Part shown: piece by piece, positions 9,845 to 20,100 of the stretch
Numbering within the stretch: the first letter of the stretch is position 1
Layout: the number at the start of each line of letters is the position of its first letter
Source: Candidatus Kapaibacteriota bacterium
GTDB taxonomy: Bacteria; Bacteroidota; Ignavibacteria; Kapaibacteriales; Kapaibacteriaceae
Assembly (NCBI GenBank): GCA_046595995.1
Contig: JBKJNB010000037.1
Coordinates: 21,403-85,402, forward strand
Direction: 5' to 3'
DNA: 64,000 nucleotides
Program-made: the position numbers and the translations under genes
The notes under the pieces: generated by a model
The model's input: the letters and a program-made list of their open reading frames with translations, nothing else
What the model was told of the DNA's origin: nothing
Databases searched by the model: none

Positions 9845-11470
9845 ATGATCATGATCGACCAGCAAAGTTTCCTCGTTACAGCGCGAAAGTGGCGGCCCCT
9901 CCGATTTGCCGATGTTGTTGGCCAGGAGCACGTAACCACCACGCTGAAGAATGCCATCCGATCTGGACGCATTCATCACGCATATCTTTTCACCGGCCCG
10001 CGAGGCGTTGGGAAGACGACGTGCGCCCGCATTCTTGCCAGAGCCGTTAACTGTCAGTTCTCCGTCGACGATGAACCCTGCAACGTGTGTGCCACGTGTA
10101 GGGACGTTTTGGACGCCAGAAGCGTAGACGTCATTGAAATCGACGGGGCTTCAAACAATAGTGTAGACGACGTGCGGAAACTACGGGAGAACGCCAAATA
10201 CGCTCCTATGAGCGGACGGTACCGCATGTACATCATCGATGAAGTACACATGCTTTCGACGGCAGCATTTAATGCACTCCTAAAGACCCTTGAGGAGCCC
10301 CCTCCGCATCTGATTTTTGTGTTCGCTACCACCGAAATTCACAAGGTGCCAGCCACGATTCTCAGTCGATGCCAGCGCTTCGATTTCCGTCGAATGGAAA
10401 TTGACAGCATCGTGAACCATGTAGCGCATATCGCTGCGGCTGAGAGCATTCTAATTGATGACGAATCGTTGGTTTCGGTTGCGAAGAAGGCCGACGGTTC
10501 GATGCGTGATGCTCAGTCGATCTTCGATCAGCTCGTTTCGTTCTGCGGTACCGACATCACCTATCAGGACGTGGCCAACGCGCTGCATCTGATCGATCTC
10601 GACTTCTTCTTTGCCTTGAGCACCGCCGCACGCACACACGATGTTGCGCGGATGTTCGAGCTGGCACGACAGGTGATTGCCGGCGGACATGATGTGCAGG
10701 AGGCTCTCGTCGGCTTGCTGGAACACTATCGTAACATACTAACTGTTATTACAACATCGTCGACAGACCTTATTGAAGCATCGAGTGCGTTTCTCGAGAA
10801 GTACACGAACGAGGCATCGCTGAATACGAAAGCCGATGTACTTCGCATTATGACGTTGATATCCGCAGGCGAAGCAGTACTACGCCAGAACCCACCGCAG
10901 CCGCGCGTCAGGTTCGAATTCACACTAGTTCAGATTGCTGCAATGGATTCGACGGTGGACCTTGCCCAGCTGCTGTCACGCATATCGGCCACACCATCAC
11001 CGGGTCCGGTCGGCGGTACATCCATGGCCGTTAAGCTCGGCAACCCGATGCAATTGCGTCCGCTAACAGTCAGAGCAACGAAGGTGAAAGCTGCCTCTTC
11101 TGCTGTAAATGCAATGTCCTCGCTCAACCTGGCAGAACGCTGGAATCAGGTGCTCGAGCAACTGCCCGAGCACCTTGCCTTTGTGAAGTCTGCGATTAAG
11201 CAACAAATGCTATCCGTCGAGTTCAACGAAGTGTCGATTATTCTGCAGCCTTCGGCTGAAATAATTGCACATCGCATCGAAGACAAGCGCGCCATGCTTC
11301 GCGAGCACCTAACGTCTGTATACGGCGCACCTGTTGGAGTGCAGTTGCTACCCACCAAAATTCCGATACGTATAACTGTAGATGCCGGCAACGCTCAGGC
11401 GTTGATGTCGGACGAAATTCTGCCCATCGAGCAAACATTGATCGATCTGTTTAAGGCGCGTCGTGTATGA
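9845..11470 (+). CDS. dnaX: DNA polymerase III subunit gamma/tau
   Basis: ARKWRPLRFADVVGQ, Walker A GPRGVGKTT, Zn motif CQ...CNVCATC, IIDEVHML and SRC motif. Start ATG 9845 or 9851. Confidence 0.97.
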   Translation: MIMIDQQSFLVTARKWRPLRFADVVGQEHVTTTLKNAIRSGRIHHAYLFTGPRGVGKTTCARILARAVNCQFSVDDEPCNVCATCRDVLDARSVDVIEIDGASNNSVDDVRKLRENAKYAPMSGRYRMYIIDEVHMLSTAAFNALLKTLEEPPPHLIFVFATTEIHKVPATILSRCQRFDFRRMEIDSIVNHVAHIAAAESILIDDESLVSVAKKADGSMRDAQSIFDQLVSFCGTDITYQDVANALHLIDLDFFFALSTAARTHDVARMFELARQVIAGGHDVQEALVGLLEHYRNILTVITTSSTDLIEASSAFLEKYTNEASLNTKADVLRIMTLISAGEAVLRQNPPQPRVRFEFTLVQIAAMDSTVDLAQLLSRISATPSPGPVGGTSMAVKLGNPMQLRPLTVRATKVKAASSAVNAMSSLNLAERWNQVLEQLPEHLAFVKSAIKQQMLSVEFNEVSIILQPSAEIIAHRIEDKRAMLREHLTSVYGAPVGVQLLPTKIPIRITVDAGNAQALMSDEILPIEQTLIDLFKARRV

Positions 11471-13026
11471 TAGACACACATGCACACATCGACGCAGCGG
11501 CATTTGACGAGGATCGCGACGTAGTGCTTCAGCGTGCGTGGGACGCGGGCATGGTTGCGATCGTTGTGCCCGATATCAAGCCGACGGATCGTGCCCGCCT
11601 CATCGAAATCGTGGACAGCGATCCGCGACTGTATCGCGGGATTGGTATTCATCCGCACGACGTAGGCAATGCCTCGGCGGCCGACCTCGATGAAGTAGAG
11701 CGCCATTGCACCAACCCAAAGGTCGTTGCAATTGGTGAAATCGGCCTCGACTACTATTACGACTTCTGTCCGCCGGACATTCAGAAGTCGTATTTTCGTA
11801 ACCAGATTCGCATCGCTAAACGTAATGGCCTGCCCGTAATCGTGCACAATCGCGAGTCCGATACCGATGTTCTTGACATCCTCGAAGACGAGCAGGACGG
11901 CACGCTAAAAGGCGTTCTGCACTGCTTTTCGGGCGATACCAGTGTCCTTGAACGCGCATTGCGCATTGGTATGCACGTATCGTTCACAGGCAATATCACG
12001 TTCAAACGTTCGACTCTGGACGATGTCGTTCGAGCGGTACCAGCCGATCGTTTTATGATTGAGACGGATTCTCCTTTCATGACGCCGGTGCCCCATCGGG
12101 GGAAACGGAACGAACCGACCTATGTTCGTCTCATTGCACAAAAACTTGCGGAGATCCGAGGAATGACTCTTGACGACATCATCAGCACGACAACCATGAC
12201 TGCAAAACGGTTCTTTGCCATTGCATCGTTCTTCGTCGTGATCTGCACCGCGGCCGTTGCTCAGCCCAACGTCCCACGCGAAGACGACTTCGAAACCGAC
12301 GTTGCGTACGATAACGCCATGATAACCTATGAAGCCGATAGCCTTGCATGGGAACGGTGGCTAAAGCCTCGCAAGATTGGTTTTGGCCCCGCCATTGGTA
12401 CGAATACAATCGTGGAGGGCAAACAGTTCACACAGCGTTTTGAACCTAAGACGCCAGTGAATTCGCCAACACAATGGACGATGTATCCGGACGGAACGGG
12501 TCCGAAGGTCACAGAATCGTTCGAAGGCCTCGTGGCATTCGGTGGAACGGCAACGTATGGCTTAACCGATCGCATGATGGTTGAGGGCACCTACTTGTAC
12601 ACGCGAAACGAAACGCCGGCCAAGAACTTTGGTCTCGACCCGATCGTGACGCATATCATTGAAACGGCGCTGCACTACTCGTTGAACCCCTATGGCCGCC
12701 TCAATTTTATCGCAACGGGCGGTGGCACCTTGGCTCTTACGAACGACGGCACCTCGACAACGACAAAGCTCGGCGTGAACGTTGGCATGGCATTGGGAGC
12801 AAATATTCCGACGTCGTTTGGCCTGTTCTACCCAATGATAACAGTACGATTCAATTTCATGCTTGGCACAGATAAGAATCGCGTCGTTGTCAGATACGCA
12901 GACCCAGTGACGGGTCTGCCCATTGAGAATCCGGATGTTCCGGGCCAGTTTTCTGAGTCTCGAGCAGACGTTACCACGTTGTACGCCATCCCCCGATTCA
13001 CCCTGCTGTTCTACCCTAAGTTCTGA
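11467..13026 (+). CDS. tatD: TatD-family nuclease fused in frame, through an internal signal-peptide-like segment, to a predicted outer-membrane beta-barrel
   Basis: Residues ~1-250 carry all TatD motifs (DTHAH, GIHPH, GEIGLDYY, VHNRE, HCFSG, ETDSPF). Residues 244-265 read MTAKRFFAIASFFVVICTAAVA|Q. Residues 266-519 show alternating hydrophobic beta-strands and end in Phe (LLFYPKF). Confidence 0.85.
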   Translation: MIDTHAHIDAAAFDEDRDVVLQRAWDAGMVAIVVPDIKPTDRARLIEIVDSDPRLYRGIGIHPHDVGNASAADLDEVERHCTNPKVVAIGEIGLDYYYDFCPPDIQKSYFRNQIRIAKRNGLPVIVHNRESDTDVLDILEDEQDGTLKGVLHCFSGDTSVLERALRIGMHVSFTGNITFKRSTLDDVVRAVPADRFMIETDSPFMTPVPHRGKRNEPTYVRLIAQKLAEIRGMTLDDIISTTTMTAKRFFAIASFFVVICTAAVAQPNVPREDDFETDVAYDNAMITYEADSLAWERWLKPRKIGFGPAIGTNTIVEGKQFTQRFEPKTPVNSPTQWTMYPDGTGPKVTESFEGLVAFGGTATYGLTDRMMVEGTYLYTRNETPAKNFGLDPIVTHIIETALHYSLNPYGRLNFIATGGGTLALTNDGTSTTTKLGVNVGMALGANIPTSFGLFYPMITVRFNFMLGTDKNRVVVRYADPVTGLPIENPDVPGQFSESRADVTTLYAIPRFTLLFYPKF

Positions 13027-13652
13027 TGCAATCGAACCTGACTGTCCTGGCTGGATCGGCATTGATGCATGATCTGGCAATCGTTCGCGATTCGCAAACA
13101 GAGATGGCGGCATTCAGGGCAGCAATTAAGCGCATTGGCATCCATCTCGCTGCAGAGGTTTCGAAGTATCTGCCATCGTATGAACTAGAGATAGACACGC
13201 CCAACGAGCGGACCCGTGTTTCAAAGCTCGACGGCAATCTTGTCCTTTTACCGGTATTGCGTGCTGGCCTAGGTCTACTCGACCCCTTTCTGACCCTTCT
13301 TCCCGAGGCCTCTGTAGGTTACATCGGATTGCGCCGCGACGAAGAGACCCTAGAACCACACACCTATTACAACAACGTTCCTGCGCACGCTGGCACTTGG
13401 ACTGCGGTTGTTCTAGACCCGATGCTGGCCACCGGCGGTAGTATGGTGGCAGCACTTAACTCCTTTGCTTCAAAGCCCCCTACGCGCATCTTTGCAGCCG
13501 CACTTATTGCTGCTCCGGAGGGCGTAGAACGGGTGCAGAAGGCACACCCCAATGTTCACCTTGTGGTTGGGGCCATGGACCGATGCCTCAACGAACGCGG
13601 CTTTATCGTGCCAGGGCTCGGTGACGCCGGCGACAGACTCTTCGGCACTTAA
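13026..13652 (+). CDS. upp: Uracil phosphoribosyltransferase
   Basis: PVLRAGLG, IGLRRDEETL, PRPP motif VLDPMLATGGS and C-terminal FIVPGLGDAGDRLFGT. TGATG overlap with the upstream gene. Confidence 0.97.
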   Translation: MQSNLTVLAGSALMHDLAIVRDSQTEMAAFRAAIKRIGIHLAAEVSKYLPSYELEIDTPNERTRVSKLDGNLVLLPVLRAGLGLLDPFLTLLPEASVGYIGLRRDEETLEPHTYYNNVPAHAGTWTAVVLDPMLATGGSMVAALNSFASKPPTRIFAAALIAAPEGVERVQKAHPNVHLVVGAMDRCLNERGFIVPGLGDAGDRLFGT

Positions 13653-13684
13653 GTCGAAATACTATTGCCAATAGCCCGGCTACG

Positions 13685-13936
13685 ATGTATGTTGAGCAAG
13701 AGCTGTTTCATCACGTCTTTAGGAGGTTAGCCGTGACAACGATATTTCACTTCGGCCGGCACAACGTGCCATTCACTGATATCCACGATATCAACGTAGA
13801 ATACAAGTACCACGACAATGAGATCTTCGTCGACCTTGAGTTGAACGGCGGCGCTCAGCTAAGCCTGAACCTGCCAGACTCGGTAACGTTTATGGAGCAA
13901 TTCATAAAAAAGATTAAGGACGAAAAGGGCGTTTAG
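13685..13936 (+). CDS. Small hypothetical protein (83 aa)
   Basis: The ORF fills the gap between upp and a convergent gene and has globular-looking composition. No family recognised. Confidence 0.65.
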   Translation: MYVEQELFHHVFRRLAVTTIFHFGRHNVPFTDIHDINVEYKYHDNEIFVDLELNGGAQLSLNLPDSVTFMEQFIKKIKDEKGV

Positions 13937-13948
13937 CCCTTTCGACGT

Positions 13949-15121
13949 TTAAACAAGAAGAGGTCTTTTAGACTTCTCGTATTCGCCTATTGCGGAACAG
14001 AGCGCTTCGAGGTCATGCATCGAAGTGTGCGCCTGAACGCTGAACCGTAGTATTCCTCGACCCAGCCACGATTGCACCACCACTTCTATGCTGTGCACAT
14101 CGAGCAACCAGTGCTTTAGATCGTTCGTCGGCCAGTGCGATGGCAATAACACCGCACCCATTTGCAACACGTCATCATCGGTGTCTTGAAGCATGCGTTC
14201 GATGCCGGGAACGCACGCTAACATATCCATCGTATCTGCACGCATCTGCCGGCATACTGCTTGCACAGTTTGCCATTCATTTTTGCGCATCCACTCGATG
14301 CCATCTGGTACCGTAAGAAATGCCGACACGTCTCGCGTGCCCAAATACTCATGTTCGTCTAAGAAGTCACTCGTGCCGAGCGTGTCGCCCATTGCGCCCC
14401 AACTAACTGTAAGCGACGGTATTTGCCGCTGAAGTTCTTTGCGCACGAACAGAAACGCAGATCCCTTCGGCGTACACATCCACTTGTGGCAATTCGCGGT
14501 GTAGATGTCAGCATCGATATCTGCGAGGTTCAATGATATCTGACCTGGAGCATGCGAACCGTCGATTACCGTAATGATGCCGCGCTCTCGTGCTCGTAAA
14601 CACAAGGCCTTCACATCAATTCGAAGCGCTGTTGGCGATGTTATGTGGCTTACAAACAACACACGTGTTTTTTCTGACACCCCCGCCCAGATTAATTCGG
14701 TTACGTCACGCATTGGGGGAAGGGGCATAGAAAGGGGCTGACGCACAATGCGCACGCCTTTGCCTTGCAGGTGCTGTTCCCATGCACGATCGCAAGCGCC
14801 GTACTCATGGTCGGTGGTTAGCAGTTCGTCGCCCTGCCGCAGTATACTCGACAACCCATAAGCCGCGACGTTCACGCCGTACGTAGAGTTCGTAACGAAT
14901 ACCAGATCGTTCATATCGCAACCAACGAACTCACCTAGTGCGCATCGCGCGTCGGCCATGTAGTTCTTTAAGTCGCGAAAGAATGCAACTGGCTGCAGCT
15001 CCATCTTCGCTTGCCATGCGCGTTGCACATCAAGGAGTTCTCTGGGAGTAGCGCCAAACGAACCGTGGTTTAGAAAGACCACATTTGTATCGAGCAAGAA
15101 ATCTGCTTTCGAGAGCATCAA
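13949..15121 (-). CDS. PLP-dependent class V aminotransferase family protein (isopenicillin-N epimerase / cysteine desulfhydrase / Egt2-like)
   Basis: FLNHGSFGATP, SHITSPT, IDGSHAPG and the Schiff-base lysine in ANCHKWMCTPKG. Confidence 0.85.
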   Translation of the reverse strand: MMLSKADFLLDTNVVFLNHGSFGATPRELLDVQRAWQAKMELQPVAFFRDLKNYMADARCALGEFVGCDMNDLVFVTNSTYGVNVAAYGLSSILRQGDELLTTDHEYGACDRAWEQHLQGKGVRIVRQPLSMPLPPMRDVTELIWAGVSEKTRVLFVSHITSPTALRIDVKALCLRARERGIITVIDGSHAPGQISLNLADIDADIYTANCHKWMCTPKGSAFLFVRKELQRQIPSLTVSWGAMGDTLGTSDFLDEHEYLGTRDVSAFLTVPDGIEWMRKNEWQTVQAVCRQMRADTMDMLACVPGIERMLQDTDDDVLQMGAVLLPSHWPTNDLKHWLLDVHSIEVVVQSWLGRGILRFSVQAHTSMHDLEALCSAIGEYEKSKRPLLV

Positions 15122-17127
15122 CGAATGCGCGCCAGAACAGAACGTCGTGCCATTCTGCGCATTGGTGAGTCGCCAACCGCTGCCGATGTGCTGTGCGTGT
15201 CTGTCGTAACGGCCTTAGATCTCACTCCGAGCAGCGCTATGGCCGCTTGCGCGCGCTTGCGACGCAAGAGCGTGTTGTGTGCTTCAGTGCCTAAGTCATC
15301 GGTTTGCGGAACGAGTGTCACACTACGTCCTGCAGCAATGGCTTCACGTACAACGCGCACACCATCATCGTTCGTTGAGGTAAACTCTGCGCCATCGAAG
15401 CCGAAGTATCCGAGCACTACAGCGTCTGCTGCGTCAGCGGCCTCGTCTAACGATGTGGTAAGAGTGATGACAGAATCTTTAACACTTCGTACAGTCCCGC
15501 GAAGATGAAATGCACGAGCACTGACGACTGATTTGTCATCGTTATCGGTGAGAGACGCACGCACCTGAATAGCTATCAACTCAGTAGTGTCCTTGAGTTC
15601 CGACGCAGGAATACGGAACGATCTGAATGCATCCGTACCTGTTAGGATTACGGGAATGGCGTCTATCGATGCCCGTATCTCTTGCGTACACGGACCTGCT
15701 TCGCACTCAATGATGTTCACGATGCGCACATCAATGTCCGATCTCGTCTGCGAGCTCGCAAGAACGCTGTCGACATCGACAACCTTGCCAACACCATCGA
15801 TTTCAATCCTAACAAAACGTTGCTCATCGAGAAGAATCGGATGCTTGGGTTCTGACAATGCGAGTGTTCGCACCTCTACGCGATTCGGATCGAGGCCGAG
15901 CTGACGCGTTGTCCACAACACACGTTCGCGCGCCACACCCGGCACTTCGTCTGTTGCGCTCGTGGCAATAATCGTAATGCGCGAATCGGGATGCTCGTTA
16001 GCATATGTGCGTATGGCCGAAAGCACGTTCTGTTGTAGCGCAATCGCGGGCGACGATGAGGCCACAGGGACTGTGCTGTTTCTTTCAAAGAACATCACTG
16101 GCGCGGCTTGCACAACAGCAACACGGCGTACCACATCGAACAGTGGCACGATTGTAGTATCGTTTACAGATGTAACGCCGGCTGCATCGACGGTTACTGT
16201 TAGCTCGCTACGCAACACACGTGAAATGGGAGCAGGTGGCGGCGGAGGTGGCGGCGGAGGGGGTGGCGGAGGAGGAGGAAGTGGTGGTGGCGGCGGAGGA
16301 GGAGGAGGGGGAGGTGTTGGACGCGGCAACGCATACTGAAACGACACACCGAACCGCACAGCACTCACAGACCAGTTTGTGTTTCGAACTACATTCGTGA
16401 ACGCATGCTGATACTGCAGCTCTGGCGTTACTGTAAGCGAGCGACTTGTGTGCAACTCGTATCGTAATCCAACTAGCCCAGCGAGATAGAGTGGCTCAAC
16501 GTCCGGTAGAGGTCCGGCAACACTTCCGCGCGTACGCGAGCCATTCTCAAAAGTCCATTCGGCTCCTGCTGGTTGTAGCAGAAGTTCGCTTTGCTCGTAA
16601 CTCTTGCTGAGAGGTATGCCTGCCATGAATCCAACTTTCATACGAAATCCATTAGCGAAAGGGAAACCAAATGCAACGTACGGCTCAATGCCGAGAACGC
16701 CATAGTTCGCAGCGATACGATGCTCGGATGTCCCCTTCGACACTTCCTGTTCGCGGATAATATTACCAACGAATTCCGTTTCATGTAAAGCACCGGTCAG
16801 CAAACTGTACGAAAGGCTAGCTCCCACACGTATTGGCAAACCTGCTAGCGCATACGACGGGTCGTATTCCATACCCAGCACAAGGGCACCGCCGAAGCCA
16901 AGCTGACTGCCATACGTAACGCAGCATTCAGGGACTTCGGGGAGCCGTGCAAACGATGCATTATGAAAGTTTGCGCTTCCATAAATGCCCCCCTGCACGA
17001 ACAGCTTCGAGGGTTCACGTTCTCCTGTCTCCGTCTGCGACGATAGCTGAGATGCTACGAACGGCAGAAGAATGAATAGGGACAGCACATTCATGAAGTA
17101 GCGAGCAAATCCACGTTGGACCAACAT
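15118..17127 (-). CDS. Outer-membrane beta-barrel, polyproline linker and OmpA-like domain(s)
   Basis: Signal peptide, then amphipathic strands ending AVRFGVSFQY, then P11-L-P15. The C-terminus FGFDGAEF...QTDDLGTEAHNTLLRRKRA is an OmpA-like peptidoglycan-binding motif. A more degenerate OmpA-like segment (FFERNST...ARERV) lies upstream of it. Confidence 0.7.
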   Translation of the reverse strand: MLVQRGFARYFMNVLSLFILLPFVASQLSSQTETGEREPSKLFVQGGIYGSANFHNASFARLPEVPECCVTYGSQLGFGGALVLGMEYDPSYALAGLPIRVGASLSYSLLTGALHETEFVGNIIREQEVSKGTSEHRIAANYGVLGIEPYVAFGFPFANGFRMKVGFMAGIPLSKSYEQSELLLQPAGAEWTFENGSRTRGSVAGPLPDVEPLYLAGLVGLRYELHTSRSLTVTPELQYQHAFTNVVRNTNWSVSAVRFGVSFQYALPRPTPPPPPPPPPPPLPPPPPPPPPPPPPPPAPISRVLRSELTVTVDAAGVTSVNDTTIVPLFDVVRRVAVVQAAPVMFFERNSTVPVASSSPAIALQQNVLSAIRTYANEHPDSRITIIATSATDEVPGVARERVLWTTRQLGLDPNRVEVRTLALSEPKHPILLDEQRFVRIEIDGVGKVVDVDSVLASSQTRSDIDVRIVNIIECEAGPCTQEIRASIDAIPVILTGTDAFRSFRIPASELKDTTELIAIQVRASLTDNDDKSVVSARAFHLRGTVRSVKDSVITLTTSLDEAADAADAVVLGYFGFDGAEFTSTNDDGVRVVREAIAAGRSVTLVPQTDDLGTEAHNTLLRRKRAQAAIALLGVRSKAVTTDTHSTSAAVGDSPMRRMARRSVLARIR
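16234..16314 (-). repeat. Low-complexity polyproline-encoding tract (27 codons: P11-L-P15)
   Basis: G-rich on + strand and CCN codons on - strand. All four Pro codons are mixed, so it is not a pure microsatellite. Confidence 0.95.
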
Positions 17128-20100
17128 CAGCGTACGACGATGAAGGACGCTGCTGCCGTAGCATCGCCAGTTGCAAGGATTACTGTGTACACGCCCGGCG
17201 TCAGAGCCGAAACATGTAGTGTGTGCGTCGATGCGATTGGTCCCGACGAAACCAATACATTCTCGAAGACAACAATGCTATTCGCATCTACAATTCGCAT
17301 AGTTGCAATAGTTGTCTTCTGCGATTGTACCTGCACGTCTACGTAGTCTGCTGCAGGGTTGGGTTGTACCGACGTAATAGCAAGTGATGCTCGGTCGAGA
17401 ATCTTGCGTCCCGGATTCGGATTCACTATGCGTAGCACACCATCGGTATACGCATTAGAAACGCTTGCACCGAACCATGCCGACGTAGTGTCTAGTACGA
17501 GTAATGATGAGTCGGCGCGACCTAAACCAGCCGGACCAACAAGACGCGCAATCTCGTTCGTGTCTCCGAATACGCCTTCGACCGTGAATCGCACAATGCG
17601 TGCATTGTTTATGATATCCTGAGAGACGATAGTCGCAGTACCAACCGTTGCCTGAATCTCCTGTGCGAGGAATAGTTGCGGATCGACAGAAAACGAACCT
17701 TCCACGCGCCGCATGCCGTTGTAAGGAACCTCTTCACTAAGATCTGCAAGAATGGGAATGGTGGTGTTTGTTCGTGGATCAGCCGAAATAACTGGAATAC
17801 TGAGCTTTACCGTGCCTCGATAGAGTGAAAGCGGTATGTCCGCAGAAGTAGCGCATGGTTCGTATTGCAGTGCAAGGGCGGCTGGTGCCCCAACACTACC
17901 GCCATCGTATCGCACAGTAAGCGTCACCGAATCGCGCGCACCGATAACCAACGGCATCGTACTCAGAAGGCTGAAGGGGGCTCCGGCGGTTATCATGCCC
18001 GACGTAATCGTTACGGCATTGTCAGAAGAGTTGTAAATAGTAATCGTACGCAGCGGTGCTTCCGGAATAAACGGCAATGCCGTGTGCGATAGACGCACAT
18101 CCGCGCCAGCGCCACGTCCCGTTACGCGCCACATACGACGCACTGTGTTTTGGTCTGCATAACGGATTACCACCGAAGCCGTGTCGAATCCTGTACGAGT
18201 TGGAGCGAACTCAACTTCTATATCAAGCGTGCCGCCAGGTGGTAACGTCGTGTCAAATACGGCATTCATGACTCTAAACTGCGCTGGCACCTTCACCTGG
18301 GTGTTATTGATGCGAACTGAGTCTGCACCCGTGTTGCGAAGCATGGTAAATTTCTTTATCAGCCGCTGTCCAACACATACGTCGCCGAAGTCAGTAAGGT
18401 CACCTACGATAGCTAGGCTACGATCGATACGCTGCAACTCGAAGGGAATGCGGAAGACAGTGCCGCATGACACCACGAGCAGCGTATCTGCAAGGCGCCC
18501 AGTGTCCGCGATAACTGCGCGAATGCGAAGGTCGAGACACTCACCAACGAGAAGCGTATCCGTAAGAATGCCATCGGGTAGCGTAAACACCTGTCCGCTC
18601 TGGAACGAACCGCTGCTCACAACAACCGGTACAGTGCCCGTGTTGCAGATGCGGCCGTTCAGCGTTGTATCGAGCACACTACCAATTAACACAGGAGGTA
18701 ATGCGACTATAGCGTTTCCTAGTTGCGAGCCGATGATGCCGAAGACACCATCGGATATATCGTCTTCGGGTGTTGTAAACTTCTTGAGAAGCACGTTGTT
18801 TGTGGAGTCGAGCGATGTTGAGACGATTGCATTGCCGACCTGACTAAAGTCTAGATCAGACAGTAACCCAATGTGACCCAAAGATCCAGTAAGGGACTGT
18901 AGCCGCACGCCTGACTCCACGTCGTACAATTCGAATTGCTCCTGGCCCATGAAGCCAAGACCGAGATAACGTGCTGTCGGACTAAATGCGCATGCAACCT
19001 GCGTTATCGCGCCCACGCGATTAATAACCTGACGCGGCATCGACGTTGCTCTGTCGATCATGTACGTAGGATTGCTTGCCGATGCGCGCCCGCCAAGAGC
19101 GGCAAGGCCTGTGGTTGATATGTCGATGTTGTCGATTACAGCGTAACTGTCGGCCGCGAAGTTTGTCGGCGTTCGTTCAGCCTCTTGTTTCGTAGACGCA
19201 TCGTACGTAACGATGCTACCGTCAAGCTGCATGACAGTAACGCGGTTCCTCCGCATTGTTGTAGCCGATGCAGGGGCGTTCAGTATTATAGAAGCTGTTG
19301 AGTCGAGTGTCGCGGCCGCATACGTCAGAATACGAGATCCTAGCTGCGGTACAACAAACACTGTGGTTCCTGCACTGTCGGTGCCAACGGCTGACACACG
19401 CATGCTACGCGGTAACGCAACGCGTGCAACAGGCGCTGCGATACCCTGGCTAAACTGCTGAAGCTCTGCGGCTGCCCCCGCCGAAGTACGTATCGCCGCC
19501 ACCAGATTGCTGGTGCCAGGCACATAGGTAATCGATGCGACCATTGCGTTCCCCGCAACATCTGCTACATCGTACGTGCCAATGATCTGAGCTGTGGCGG
19601 TAGAGAACTCAACTATTTTACGATTGGTGTACCCGACGGCGAAGCGTGATCCATCTGCCGAAAACGAAACGGTTGTTGTAGGTACACGTTCGCCAACTGC
19701 AAAGCGATCGAAGTTTGATTGAAGTCTTTGTGAGACACGTATCCGAGCGCTATCAGACAATGTCGGTGGCACAGTCCACACATACGACGAGTCTATCGTA
19801 GAGTCGATACTCCTCCATGACCTGCCATTGTTCGTAGACAGTTCGAGAAACACCGAGTAGCCCCTTTCCATACCCTTCCAACGGACGATGACCTTCTGAC
19901 ATGGCGCGAATTTTTCGCCTCCATTCGGCGAAACCATTTGCAGAATGGGCGCACGCGGATACGGTGCCGGGTTCGCAAGCAGCAGGATGTCTTCGCGGAA
20001 TCCATTCGAGTAGTATGCCGACAGTATATCAGCAACCGGGGCGTCGGTAAGTGGCTTGAAAATGAGATTTAATCGATAGTCGAACGCAGGTACCATGTCA

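Noticed and set aside
9845-11470. dnaX programmed -1 frameshift producing gamma
   Set aside because: I saw no A-AAA-AAG or long A-run slippery site in the gene.
13949-15121. Beta-lactam biosynthesis implied by similarity to isopenicillin-N epimerase
   Set aside because: No ACV synthetase, IPNS or other cluster genes nearby; the family is widespread in sulfur amino-acid metabolism.
18181-18843. Long alternative-frame ORFs (also 2469-3059, 12562-13113, 22395-22973, 29309-30040)
   Set aside because: All are nested antisense to well-supported genes, as expected at this GC content, and none has a family signature.
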